A DNA stretch of 64,000 bases from an uncultured Christensenellaceae bacterium (GCA_964368645.1 CAYJBY010000004.1:11343-75342); one strand, 5' to 3'. Positions 28,168 through 37,730 are shown, numbered from the stretch's first letter. The notes: generated by a model from the sequence alone, not told the origin. A program made the numbers and translations.

Positions 28168-29684
28168 AATACACCTTTACTTTACCGCTTGACGCGGACA
28201 TTGACGAGCTGAAAAGGCTCTCCGCGAAAGAATTGCACTGCGGCGTTTCGGCGCTGCGGACTTTTCGCGTGGTAAAACGCTCCGTTGACGCCAGACACCG
28301 CAACGATATAAAGCTGGTTTTCACCGTGGAAGCGGCGAAGGAAACGCTACTTCCCGAGGAATACCCTCTTCCTATGCCGAAGCACCCCCTAAGACACCGC
28401 CCGATAGTGGTCGGTTTCGGGCCGGCAGGGATTTTCTGCGCCTACGCCTTAGCCAAGGCAGGGCTTTGCCCGATAGTTTTGGAAAGGGGAGAGGACAGCG
28501 ATTCAAGACGGCAGAAGGTGGACGCTTTTCTCAATAACGGTATTTTGGATACAGAATGTAACGTACAGTTCGGCGAAGGGGGCGCAGGCACCTTTTCGGA
28601 CGGCAAGCTCAACACGGGAATAGGCGACAGGGCGAAACTTGACTATATTCTCCGCGTGATGGCGCGGCACGGTGCGCCTGCCGAGATACTGTACGAGGCG
28701 AAGCCTCACGTGGGTACGGACAGGCTGTCCGCCGTGGTCAAGAGTATCAGACAGGAAATCACGGCTTTGGGCGGCGAGGTGCGGTTTTCCGCTTGCTTTA
28801 AGGGCTTGCGCCGCGAAAACGGCTTGCTTAAGGTGACTGCGGATAAGGATTATATTACCGACGCCTTGGTTTTAGCCGTGGGGCACAGCGCAACGGATAC
28901 TTACAGACTGCTTTACGGCAATGATTTTGCAATGGAAAGCAAGGCGTTTTCGGTGGGCTTCAGGGTGGAGCATCTTCAACGGAATATCGATACCGCGCTG
29001 TACGGCGATTTCGCAGGGCACCCTGCCTTGGGCGCGGCGGATTACAAGTTGGTTAATCATACCGCAAACGGCAGTGCGTACAGCTTTTGTATGTGTCCGG
29101 GCGGCGAGGTTATCGCGTCCTCTTCCGATGAGAATACCATAGTAACCAACGGTATGAGCAGGTACGCAAGAAACGGCGATAACGCCAACTCCGCTTTGTT
29201 GGTGGGCGTAGATGCTAACGACTTCGGCGGCGACGTTATGGGCGGAGTCCGCTACCGCGAGGCACTGGAAAAAGAGGCGTTTAGAGTAGGCGGCGGCGAT
29301 TATCGCGCACCGATACAGCTTTTAGGCGATTTTATGAAAGGTAAAAAGGGGGATAAGGTGGGCAGTGTTCTGCCTACTTATAAGCCCGGCGTTACCTTTG
29401 CCAGACTGGATTTGCTTTTACCTCCGCGGATAATCGGGGTGTTAAGGGAGTCCGTTCCCGTTTTCGACAGGCGAATCAGGGGATTTGCCGCCGCAGACGC
29501 GGTTTTGACGGGTGTGGAAACCCGTAGCTCCGCACCTCTTAGAGTGCAAAGAGATGAAACGATGCAGGCTGTGGGAAACGAGGGCGTTTATCCCTGCGGA
29601 GAGGGTTGCGGCTACGCAGGAGGCATTATGTCCGCCGCGGTGGACGGTCTGAGGGTGGCGGAAGCGGTTATCAACGCGCAATAG
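28164..29684 (+). CDS. FAD-dependent oxidoreductase, COG2509-type (uncharacterized FAD dehydrogenase)
   Basis: The N-terminal module up to SIDARH is typical of COG2509. FAD Rossmann motif VVGFGPAG. TTG start overlaps the metA stop. Confidence 0.7.
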   Translation: MKYTFTLPLDADIDELKRLSAKELHCGVSALRTFRVVKRSVDARHRNDIKLVFTVEAAKETLLPEEYPLPMPKHPLRHRPIVVGFGPAGIFCAYALAKAGLCPIVLERGEDSDSRRQKVDAFLNNGILDTECNVQFGEGGAGTFSDGKLNTGIGDRAKLDYILRVMARHGAPAEILYEAKPHVGTDRLSAVVKSIRQEITALGGEVRFSACFKGLRRENGLLKVTADKDYITDALVLAVGHSATDTYRLLYGNDFAMESKAFSVGFRVEHLQRNIDTALYGDFAGHPALGAADYKLVNHTANGSAYSFCMCPGGEVIASSSDENTIVTNGMSRYARNGDNANSALLVGVDANDFGGDVMGGVRYREALEKEAFRVGGGDYRAPIQLLGDFMKGKKGDKVGSVLPTYKPGVTFARLDLLLPPRIIGVLRESVPVFDRRIRGFAAADAVLTGVETRSSAPLRVQRDETMQAVGNEGVYPCGEGCGYAGGIMSAAVDGLRVAEAVINAQ

Positions 29685-29782
29685 AAAAGGGCGTTGCGGC
29701 GGCTTGTGGGGCGTTAAGCTCCGATTTTAGGTGTGTTTTTTGCGTCGAAATGCAAAAAACGGGGAAAAGTTTTATTAATATC

Positions 29783-29812
29783 TTGTAATTAACATTGATA
29801 AAATGTTATAAT
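29783..29812 (+). promoter_or_regulatory. Putative extended -10 promoter
   Basis: TTGTAA, 18-nt spacer, TGTTATAAT. Confidence 0.4.
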
Positions 29813-29843
29813 TTTACTTAGTAATTATGTGGAGGAATATCTT

Positions 29844-30614
29844 ATGGTAGCTTATATATTACTTGCATTGGGCGTTGTTTCCCTTGTTGCCTTTTTGGTC
29901 TTCCGCGACAAGAACGGCAGTGTTTTCGCCACGGTTCTTAAGACCTTGACAAGCTTGCTGTTTATCGCAACGGCAGTTACCGCCTTCTGCGAGGGCGAGC
30001 CTGTATCCTACGACCGTATCGTTGCTCCTGCAATGATGGTTATTATCGGCTTGACCTTGGGTATGATAGGCGATTTTACCTTGGATATGAAAATCGTGTT
30101 CAAGAGCTTGAAGGGCGTTTACAGCGCCGCGGAAAAGGACAGCGATACCTTTACCTTCGCAGGAATGGCGGCTTTCGGTATCGGACATATCCTTTACATA
30201 TCCGCTATCGGCGTGTTGTATCCTGCAAGTGCGCTTAATATTCTTTGGAGCTTCTTGGCGGCTGTGGTATTCGGCGTTGCGGTTATCGTCGTTGCGTCCA
30301 AGGTTATGGGTATGCAGTTCGGCAAATTCTTAATTCCCAGTATCATTTACGTTTGCCTTTTGAGCTGGTTCCTGGCTTTGACCGTAGCTACGGGTATAAC
30401 CGAGGGTATGAGTACGGATTTGATTCTTTTGATTTGCGGTTCCGCTTTGTTCCTGCTTTCTGATTTAGTGCTGTCTATGACCTACTTCAGCAAGCCCGAG
30501 GATTACAAGAAGACAGGGGCTTTGGCACCTGACAGCAGACTTATGATTTCCGTTAATCACGTGCTTTACTACGCGGCGCAGTTCTGTATCGCGCTGGCGT
30601 TAATGTTTATCTGA
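29844..30614 (+). CDS. YhhN-family (lysoplasmalogenase-like) membrane protein
   Basis: Polytopic. GMIGDFTLD and FAGMAAFGIGH resemble the YhhN motifs. ATG lies 7 nt after GGAGGA. Confidence 0.5.
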   Translation: MVAYILLALGVVSLVAFLVFRDKNGSVFATVLKTLTSLLFIATAVTAFCEGEPVSYDRIVAPAMMVIIGLTLGMIGDFTLDMKIVFKSLKGVYSAAEKDSDTFTFAGMAAFGIGHILYISAIGVLYPASALNILWSFLAAVVFGVAVIVVASKVMGMQFGKFLIPSIIYVCLLSWFLALTVATGITEGMSTDLILLICGSALFLLSDLVLSMTYFSKPEDYKKTGALAPDSRLMISVNHVLYYAAQFCIALALMFI

Positions 30615-30659
30615 TAAAACTCGGCATATACTGTTATATGTCTGATTAAGGAGGAGGCT

Positions 30660-31262
30660 ATGGCTGCTTTTTGGAACGAATTGGATATTTTGGGCAAAAT
30701 ACTGTTCTGTTGCGGTTTCGCAGGATCCGTGATGCTCTTTGTTCAAGTCGTATTAATGATTATAGGCTTTGCCGGCGGTTCTCTGGGCGATATGGGCGAC
30801 GTTAACGGCGACCTGCCCGATGACGTAACCGACGGTCATACCGACGGCGCGGAGGTAGGCTTGTTTACCCTCAAGGGCGTAATCGCTTTCTTCGCTATCG
30901 GCGGTTGGTGCGGCTTAGGCGCGAATATGGGCGGACTGCATATCGCTTGTGTGTTGGTTATTACCATCGCCACGGGTACGGTTTCCCTGTTGGGCGTAGG
31001 TGCGCTTTACCGTCTGCTGTTTAAGCTGCAATGCTCAGGCACTATGCAGTTAAGCAACGCTATAGGCAAAACCGCAGAGGTCTATCTCACCATACCTGCG
31101 GAGGAAAAGGGCGCAGGCAAAATCAATCTTAACTTACAGGAGCGTTACACCGAGGTTGACGCCCGTACTAAGTGCAGTCGTGATTTGAAAACCGGTGAGA
31201 TTGTCAAGGTAGTGGATAAGGAAGGCGATTTTGTAATCGTTGAACCTGTTATTAATAACTAG
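30660..31262 (+). CDS. NfeD-family membrane protein (YuaF-like) with a C-terminal OB barrel
   Basis: TM N-terminus and the C-terminal motif GEIVKVVDKEGDFVIVEPV. Sits directly upstream of the flotillin gene. Confidence 0.65.
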   Translation: MAAFWNELDILGKILFCCGFAGSVMLFVQVVLMIIGFAGGSLGDMGDVNGDLPDDVTDGHTDGAEVGLFTLKGVIAFFAIGGWCGLGANMGGLHIACVLVITIATGTVSLLGVGALYRLLFKLQCSGTMQLSNAIGKTAEVYLTIPAEEKGAGKINLNLQERYTEVDARTKCSRDLKTGEIVKVVDKEGDFVIVEPVINN

Positions 31263-31273
31263 GAGGTTATGTT

Positions 31274-32728
31274 ATGGATTTGTTACTCGCTTCGATGAGC
31301 TCTGGCGGAATAGTCGCCTTGGTAATAGTGGTGATTGTTCTGATACTGGTATCGGTACTCTTGCTTTTCCTTACCAGATACAAGAAGTGTCCTTCGGACA
31401 AGATAATGGTTATTTACGGTAAGATTACGTCCAATACGGACGGCACCTACCGTTCGGCGAAATGTATCCACGGCGGCGCGGCTTTTATCGTTCCCGTGAT
31501 ACAGGCTTATGCGTTTTTGGATTTAACGCCGATTTCAATAAGCGTTGACCTGCGCAACGCGCTTTCCAGACAGAATATCCGTATAGACGTTCCCAGCAGA
31601 TTCACGGTAGGTATATCTACCGAACCCAGCGTTATGCAGAACGCCGCGGAGAGAATGTTGGGCTTAAGCTTAAGCGAGATACAGGAGTTAGCCAAGGATA
31701 TTATTTTAGGACAGCTCCGTTTGGTTATCGCAACGATGGATATTGAGGAGATTAACTCCGACAGAGATAAGTTTTTGGAGGCTGTATCCCGTAACGTAGA
31801 GGGCGAGCTGAAAAAGATAGGTCTGCGCTTAATCAACGTAAACGTAACCGATATTAACGACGAATCGGCGTATATTGAGGCGTTAGGTAAGGAAGCGGCG
31901 GCAAAAGCGATTAACGCGGCTAAGATTTCCGTTGCTGAAGCTGACAAGGAAGGCTCTATCGGCGAGGCGAACGCATTGCGTGACCGTCGTATTCAGGTAT
32001 CCGTAGCGGAGTCCGAAGCGATTAAGGGCGAGAACGAGGCAAAGGCACAGATTGCCGCGGCACAGGCAACTCTCCGCGAAGCGGAAGCGGAAGCCAAGCG
32101 CAGAGCAACCGCAGCAGAGAAGGTGCAGGAAGCTAAGGCACAGGAAGAGTCCTACACTGCGGAAAAGAGCGCAGAGTTGGAAAGAGCTAAGAGAGAGGAA
32201 GCAACCTTGGAAGCGGACGTTATCGTTCGCACCCAGATTGAAAAGCGTCGGTTGGAGTTGGAAGCGGAAGCCGAAGCGGAACAGATCAGACGCAGAGCCA
32301 AGGGCGAGGCGGACGCTATTTATGCCAAACTGGAAGCTCAGGCAAGAGGTACCAAGGAGATGCTGGCTTCGCAGGCGGCAGGTTTAGGCGCGATAGTTGA
32401 CGCGGCAGGCGGCAAGGCGGCGGACGCTGTCAAACTGATTGTGGCTGACAAGATAGAGAGCCTTATTTCTACGCAGGTAGAGGCTATTAAGAACCTGAAA
32501 ATCGACAAAATCACCGTTTGGGAAAACGGCTCCAAGGCAGACGGCAAGACCGCAACCGCGGACTTCCTTTCCGGTATGCTCAAATCCCTGCCCCCTATGA
32601 ACGACCTGTTCAATATGGCAGGACTGGAAATCCCCGACTTGGTGAAACCAAATCCCGTTAAGAGCGAAGAGACTGCCGCTCCCGTGGCGGAAACCGCACC
32701 CGTTGTAACCGACGGCGAGGCAAAATAA
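31274..32728 (+). CDS. floT: Flotillin-like SPFH/band-7 protein (FloT-type)
   Basis: N-terminal TM, SPFH domain, long Glu/Ala-rich coiled-coil (EAEAEA repeats). 484 aa. Confidence 0.85.
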   Translation: MDLLLASMSSGGIVALVIVVIVLILVSVLLLFLTRYKKCPSDKIMVIYGKITSNTDGTYRSAKCIHGGAAFIVPVIQAYAFLDLTPISISVDLRNALSRQNIRIDVPSRFTVGISTEPSVMQNAAERMLGLSLSEIQELAKDIILGQLRLVIATMDIEEINSDRDKFLEAVSRNVEGELKKIGLRLINVNVTDINDESAYIEALGKEAAAKAINAAKISVAEADKEGSIGEANALRDRRIQVSVAESEAIKGENEAKAQIAAAQATLREAEAEAKRRATAAEKVQEAKAQEESYTAEKSAELERAKREEATLEADVIVRTQIEKRRLELEAEAEAEQIRRRAKGEADAIYAKLEAQARGTKEMLASQAAGLGAIVDAAGGKAADAVKLIVADKIESLISTQVEAIKNLKIDKITVWENGSKADGKTATADFLSGMLKSLPPMNDLFNMAGLEIPDLVKPNPVKSEETAAPVAETAPVVTDGEAK

Positions 32729-32797
32729 ATAACAACGGACAACCGTAAATACAATGGCTATTGACCGTTAATCCGTCGAAAAGCCGAAATCGGCGGT

Positions 32798-32828
32798 AAA
32801 AAAGGATTGCTTGTGCAATCCTTTTTTC
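32798..32828. terminator. Bidirectional terminator between floT and ispE
   Basis: AAGGATTGC-ttgt-GCAATCCTT 9-bp stem with an A6 run before and a T6 run after. Confidence 0.65.
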
Positions 32829-32915
32829 TATCAAAATAAGTTTTCTACCAATATAGGTTTGAACTAATGAAATAGGCACATTCCAAGAAGATAGGTTTGT
32901 ACCAATCAACAGAGC

Positions 32916-33749
32916 TTAGCTTATCAGACGGTACACGTCGGCAGGAATCGCCATCTCGTACATTTTATCCAAGGCGTCGTCTAGGTCGCGGTAAAGAGCG
33001 AAGACGGAAGAACCACTGCCTGTCATACTGAGCATCAGGGATTTTTTGTCCTGCATAGCCTTCATAACCTCTCCGATACCGTTATTAAGAGCTTCCGCAC
33101 AGCCCGTAAGCACGTTGGAAACGTAAATTTTCACGTCCTTATATTCGCTGATACCTGCAAGAATTTCCTCTGTTTTGACGTTGGGTGGGCGTTTCTTCAA
33201 ATTATCGAAAGCGGAAAAAACGTAGGACGTGGAGCTACCCTCGGGAGGGGTTGCCAGAAGAACGTACATAGGGGGAAGAGGGGGTAGTTTTTCGATAACG
33301 TCGCCGTAGCCTGTGCAACGCGCCAAGCCGCCTTGAAGCAAAAACAAGGTGTCGCTGCCCAATTCACGCGCCAAAGGCTCCAGTTCGCCGAAGTTGACGT
33401 TAAACAGAAGAGCCATCATTTTAAGCACGGCAACCGCGTCGGCGGAACTGCCGCCTAAGCCGCCGCCTATGGGGATACGGCGCACGATTTCAATATCCAC
33501 GCCGCTTGTGCCAAACCTTTCCATAAAAAGTTTCGCGGCTTTTTCGGCGTTGCTGTCCTTGATTTCCTTGCCGACGGTGGTGACGCAGGTCACTAGATTA
33601 TCGCGGCGTTTTTTCATAGAGAGGGTATCGTGAAGGTCGATAGTCTGCATAAGACTGTCCAAGAGGTGCATATCCTCGTCCTCGTTTTTACCCATAACGT
33701 CCAAGGTAATATTAATTTTGGCGTATGCTTTCATCGAAATTCTGTTCAT
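32916..33749 (-). CDS. ispE: 4-diphosphocytidyl-2-C-methyl-D-erythritol kinase
   Basis: AKINITLDV N-terminus and the GHMP-kinase motif PIGGGLGGSSADAVAVL. The start could instead be the internal ATG at 33734. Confidence 0.85.
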   Translation of the reverse strand: MNRISMKAYAKINITLDVMGKNEDEDMHLLDSLMQTIDLHDTLSMKKRRDNLVTCVTTVGKEIKDSNAEKAAKLFMERFGTSGVDIEIVRRIPIGGGLGGSSADAVAVLKMMALLFNVNFGELEPLARELGSDTLFLLQGGLARCTGYGDVIEKLPPLPPMYVLLATPPEGSSTSYVFSAFDNLKKRPPNVKTEEILAGISEYKDVKIYVSNVLTGCAEALNNGIGEVMKAMQDKKSLMLSMTGSGSSVFALYRDLDDALDKMYEMAIPADVYRLIS

Positions 33750-33900
33750 AAACCGATTATATCATAAAAAATACCGTTTTGTACATATTTTCTCAAACCT
33801 TTCGGCGGCTTGCTTAGGGCGTGGAAAAAACTGCTTACAACGTGAACGGCAGAAGTATATATTTTTGCTTCGTGGCAATAATCGGCGTATCGGAGGCGTT

Positions 33901-34419
33901 ATGAAAAAAATTATTTTAGCGGTGGTGATTGTAGCAATAACGGTGATTTGTCTGACAGGGTGTATGGGTACGGATCGCTCCCAATATATAAGGATACATA
34001 TACGCGCCAACAGCGACGCGGAAATCGACCAAAGCGTAAAGCTGGAAGTCCGAGACGAGGTGGTGGCTTTTTTGACGCCGCTTGCAGGCTCCGCGAAAAA
34101 CAAGGCGGAAATGGAGCAAATCATCAGGGATAACAGGGAAAAAATCGTAGCCAAGGCACAAGAAGTGCTGGAGCGTAACGGCTTCACTTACGGCGCGACA
34201 GCCGACCTTACCCACGAGGATTTTCCCGAAAAAACCTACGGCGACCTGACCTTAGACGCAGGCGACTACGACGCCCTTGTGGTGCGTTTGGGCAGCGGCA
34301 ACGGCGCAAACTGGTGGTGCGTGGCGTATCCGCCCCTTTGCTTTCTCGCAGGTGAGGACAACGGCACGGACGAGGTAGCCTACAAGAGTATTATCGCGGA
34401 ATGGTTTAGAAACAACTGA
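33901..34419 (+). CDS. spoIIR: Stage II sporulation protein R
   Basis: Signal peptide followed by the SpoIIR signature IRIHIRANSDAEIDQSVKLEVRD. ATG follows GGAGG. The track's longer ORF would overlap ispE. Confidence 0.75.
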   Translation: MKKIILAVVIVAITVICLTGCMGTDRSQYIRIHIRANSDAEIDQSVKLEVRDEVVAFLTPLAGSAKNKAEMEQIIRDNREKIVAKAQEVLERNGFTYGATADLTHEDFPEKTYGDLTLDAGDYDALVVRLGSGNGANWWCVAYPPLCFLAGEDNGTDEVAYKSIIAEWFRNN

Positions 34420-34566
34420 TAGGGTATCTGATTAATCCGAACTAATCCTAGTGAAAACGGCAGCAAAAAACAGACGAGGTCGCCTGCGAAGCTTAATCGG
34501 GGGCGAAGCTCGTCAGCAACTGAAAAATATGCGGATAAATCCGAAAAATTTATAGCAAAGAGGATA

Positions 34567-35265
34567 ATGATGAAAAAGAAATTATGCGTAATAATCAGTA
34601 TATTGACGGTGGTAGTCTGCGCAGGACTGACAGGCTATGCGTTTGTTTCCACGCCTACCGACGTCACGGTAGCCGAGGTTGCGGTTCTTAAGCAAGGCTC
34701 CACGGGCAGCTTGGTTAGGTCGGTTCAGACGAAGCTAAAAAACTGGGGCTACTATACAGGCTCTGTGGACGGGGTTTACGGTGCGAAAACCGTTGCCGCG
34801 GTCAAGTATTTTCAGCGGCAGAACGGCTTAACCGCGGACGGAATTATCGGTTCCAAAACCGCGGCGGCGTTGGGCGTTACGCTTTCAGGCTCCTCCTCAA
34901 GCGGCGGCTACAGCAGTTCTGACGAGTACCTTTTGGCTAGAGTTATTTACGGAGAGGCAAGGGGCGAACCCTATCAAGGACAAGTGGCTGTGGCGGCGGT
35001 GGTGCTTAACCGCGTCAAAAGCTCGAAATTCCCCAACAGCATAGCAGGCGTGGTGTATCAAGCAGGAGCTTTTGACTGCGTAAGCGACGGTCAAATCAAC
35101 CTTTCGCCCAACAGCACGGCACAATCTGCGGCGCGAGACGCTTTGAGCGGTTGGGATCCCACTAACGGGTGTCTGTACTATTACAATCCTGCCACCGCCA
35201 CGTCCAAGTGGATATGGAGCAGGGAAATCAGATTAGTAATCGGCAACCACAATTTCGCCGTCTAA
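34567..35265 (+). CDS. sleB: Spore cortex-lytic enzyme SleB (PG_binding_1 plus SleB hydrolase domain)
   Basis: Signal peptide, peptidoglycan-binding repeat (LKNWGYYTGSVDGVYGAKT), and the Hydrolase_2 core ARVIYGEARGEPYQGQVAVAAVVLNR. Confidence 0.8.
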   Translation: MMKKKLCVIISILTVVVCAGLTGYAFVSTPTDVTVAEVAVLKQGSTGSLVRSVQTKLKNWGYYTGSVDGVYGAKTVAAVKYFQRQNGLTADGIIGSKTAAALGVTLSGSSSSGGYSSSDEYLLARVIYGEARGEPYQGQVAVAAVVLNRVKSSKFPNSIAGVVYQAGAFDCVSDGQINLSPNSTAQSAARDALSGWDPTNGCLYYYNPATATSKWIWSREIRLVIGNHNFAV

Positions 35266-35337
35266 CGCATAAGCCGAAAAGGCTTAAAGACGTGCAAAAT
35301 CTTTGATGATAAAGGGCATTGAAAAAGAGGTGATAAT

Positions 35338-36699
35338 ATGAATGAAAACGCGGAAAATCCACGGAAAATCCAAAAAGGACTGATTATCGGACTGATCGTC
35401 GCGCTATGTATAGCGGTAGCCGCCGCCATAACCTTAGGCGTACTTTGGGCGGTCAATTCCTCTAAGGACGCAAAAACCAACGCGGAGTACAGAGCAAGGC
35501 TTGAGGACGTTAATAAGCAAAGTTACTACAAGCTGACCTCAAACGTGTCGGATATGGCTAACGGAATGAACAAGCTGACGGCGGCTTCCACACCTGCGAT
35601 GCAGAAAACTCTGCTTAATCAAATAACCAATTACGCCGCTTCTGCGGAGACAGCCTTATCCGCGCTTATCCCCTCGGACGTCAACGCGGAAAAGACGGTA
35701 AAATACGTCAATCAGGTGGGTGATTATTGCGCTTATCTGCAAAAAAAGCTGGATAAGGGCGGTACTCTCACCGAAGAGGATAAGACCAATTTAGACGGCT
35801 TATGCTCGGTGATGCTGAAGATAGAGCAGGCGTTATCGGATTTACGGGAGCAGGTGGAAAACGGCAACTTTGCGTTTATGGACGACATCGGCGCGGAATC
35901 CGTTACGGGTATGCTGGACGACTTGGAAAACACCACGGTGACTTACCCCTCGCTGATTTACGACGGACCTTTCAGCGACAGCCTTGAAAACAAGGAGCCG
36001 AAAGCTCTTGCAGGTACGGTTTACGACGGGGAAAGCGGCAAGGCTAAGGCGGCGGAGTACGCAGGAGAGGACGCGGAAAAGGTGGAATTTTTAGGCGAGT
36101 CAAAGAACTTCTTTGATATCCTGATGTATTCCGTAAGGACGGACGACGGCTTGCTGTACGTGGATATAGCCAAGGTGGGCGGTATGCCCATAGCAATCAA
36201 TTTGTCGAGGGAAGTAACCGAGCCGCTTTATGAGGAAAAGGACTGCGAAAAGGCGGCTGCCGAATACCTTGCAGCTATCGGCTTTGACAAAATGACTCCC
36301 GTGTGGGTAAGCAACTACAACAGCGTTATGTATATCAACTTCGTTTACACTTCCGAGGACGTAATATATTATCCCGATTTGGTGGTCGTTAAGGTAGCGT
36401 CCGACAACAAGAAGATAATAGGCTTGGAAGCGTTGAACTACGTGTATAACCACTCCGAAAGAACCCCCTCCGCCCCTACCGTAACAGAAGAAGAAGCTAT
36501 CAGCACCGTGACGGCATTTGCGCCTTCGTCGGTAAGACTGGCGGTTATTCCGATTGACGGGGGCAAGGAAGCTTTGACTTACGAGCTGTACGGCGAAATA
36601 GGAGAGGACAAATATTTCGTTTACGTTAATGCAAAAAGCGGCGAGGAAATCAATATTCTGCGCGTAATCGACAGTGATAAGGGTATGCTTTTGGATTAG
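35338..36699 (+). CDS. ypeB: Germination protein YpeB
   Basis: N-terminal TM anchor and PepSY-like C-terminal domains. Immediately downstream of sleB, matching the conserved sleB-ypeB operon. Confidence 0.7.
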   Translation: MNENAENPRKIQKGLIIGLIVALCIAVAAAITLGVLWAVNSSKDAKTNAEYRARLEDVNKQSYYKLTSNVSDMANGMNKLTAASTPAMQKTLLNQITNYAASAETALSALIPSDVNAEKTVKYVNQVGDYCAYLQKKLDKGGTLTEEDKTNLDGLCSVMLKIEQALSDLREQVENGNFAFMDDIGAESVTGMLDDLENTTVTYPSLIYDGPFSDSLENKEPKALAGTVYDGESGKAKAAEYAGEDAEKVEFLGESKNFFDILMYSVRTDDGLLYVDIAKVGGMPIAINLSREVTEPLYEEKDCEKAAAEYLAAIGFDKMTPVWVSNYNSVMYINFVYTSEDVIYYPDLVVVKVASDNKKIIGLEALNYVYNHSERTPSAPTVTEEEAISTVTAFAPSSVRLAVIPIDGGKEALTYELYGEIGEDKYFVYVNAKSGEEINILRVIDSDKGMLLD

Positions 36700-36975
36700 C
36701 CTTTACCCACTATCATCAGCGGCAAAAGTATGTTTTCGAAATAGCTTTAGCCATACTATTGAAAGCGACAGCGGAATATGCATTTACCCAACTAACGACA
36801 GTGATAAGGGTATGCTTTTGGATTAACCTTTATTCCACTATCGACAGCGGCAAAGGTACGTCTTCGGAATAGTTTTTGCCCTACTGTTGAAAGCGACAGC
36901 GGAATATGCATTTACCCAACTAACGACAGTGGCAAGCTTACGTCTGCGGACTAGCTTTAGCCCTACTATCCTCAA
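36669..36975 (+). repeat. Tandem direct repeat of about 127 bp (2.4 copies, with internal 62-bp sub-units) that begins inside the last 10 codons of ypeB
   Basis: Unit 1 is 36669-36795, unit 2 is 36796-36923, with a partial third copy. CGACAGTGATAAGGGTATGCTTTTGGATTAG in the first unit (36669-36699) recurs as CGACAGTGATAAGGGTATGCTTTTGGATTAAC in the second (36796-36827), one substitution in the shared 30 nt. Confidence 0.75.
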
Positions 36976-37010
36976 TTTTTAGCTTTGCTAAATCAATAAA
37001 AATATATTAT

Positions 37011-37047
37011 GCACTTCGGTATCAATCGACGCCGAGGTGCTTTTCTT
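37011..37047 (+). terminator. Rho-independent terminator that closes the repeat-containing ypeB 3' region
   Basis: GCACTTCGG-12 nt-CCGAGGTGC 9-bp stem followed by TTTTCTT. Confidence 0.55.
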
Positions 37048-37402
37048 AATCTGCGCAAATCAAAGCCTTGTTCAAAGCTTAATGCAAAAACACTTAAAAG
37101 AAAAAGTTGCAAGCATAATTGCCGCAAATAATACCATTTTGTTCTCGCTTCAAACCTACAAAAGTCTGTCAATAAACATCTAACAGTAAAATTCCGGCCG
37201 AGAAAGGTTTTATCAATAAAGGTTTGATTATTAAACGAGTTGGTTAAAAACCAAAAAATGCGTAGGAATAGGTAATAATTCGATTGCGAATCTCTGCTGT
37301 TTCTGCTGATTAAAAAGGCTATTACGTTCTGTCGGTGAGAACCTAAACGCAGTGAACGGGTTGTCCGTCACTAAAATGTCATCGCTACGGACATACAGTC
37401 AA

Positions 37403-37606
37403 TTATTCCCACTCTATTCTGCCGATAACATAATCCGCCGAGATTGCAAAAAAATCGCACAATTTAATCAATTGTTCAATGTTAGGCTCGTATCTTTCGG
37501 TTTCCCAAAAACTGATAGTCCGAAAATCCACGTTCAACGCGGCGGCAAGTTGTTTTTGTGTAATGTTTTTTTCGGCTCGTAATTCCTTTATGCGTTTTCC
37601 ATACAT
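37403..37606 (-). CDS. XRE-family helix-turn-helix transcriptional regulator (67 aa)
   Basis: HTH_3 core ITQKQLAAALNVDFRTISFWE. No SD. A TAGAAT -10 box sits 7 nt before the ATG, so the mRNA may be leaderless, as with cI-like repressors. Confidence 0.8.
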   Translation of the reverse strand: MYGKRIKELRAEKNITQKQLAAALNVDFRTISFWETERYEPNIEQLIKLCDFFAISADYVIGRIEWE

Positions 37607-37638
37607 AGTGTCATTCTAGCAAAATTAGATATAAATGA

Positions 37639-37686
37639 TTGACAACTCTAAGTTTCTTAGACTATAATATTCTAGTTTTCTTAGAA
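37639..37686 (+). promoter_or_regulatory. Sigma-A promoter of the Cys-rich protein gene with two operator-like palindromes
   Basis: TTGACA(37639-44), 18-nt spacer, TATAAT(37663-68). TCTAAGtttCTTAGA sits inside the spacer. TTCTAGttttCTTAGAA lies just downstream of the -10. Confidence 0.5.
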
Positions 37687-37730
37687 TTTTGACTGATTTA
37701 TTTGCATTTATACAGGGAGGTTTGACCGCT

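Noticed and set aside
29606-29788. 60-aa ORF after the FAD oxidoreductase gene
   Set aside because: It overlaps the 3' end and terminator-like hairpin region. Its Arg/Gly-rich composition is typical of an out-of-frame GC-rich reading.
33718-33900. N-terminal extension of the spoIIR ORF back to 33718
   Set aside because: It would overlap ispE on the opposite strand by 30 nt. The signal-peptide start at 33901 has a GGAGG RBS and matches the SpoIIR family length.
36700-37400. Mobile element, IS or prophage remnant in the AT-rich DNA flanking the XRE locus
   Set aside because: No transposase or integrase ORF and no terminal inverted repeats. The region holds only repeats and a terminator. Horizontal origin of the locus remains possible, but no mobility gene supports it.
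37352-37582. 76-aa ORF on the + strand
   Set aside because: It is fully antisense to the XRE regulator gene, which has a clear HTH signature. It has no RBS.
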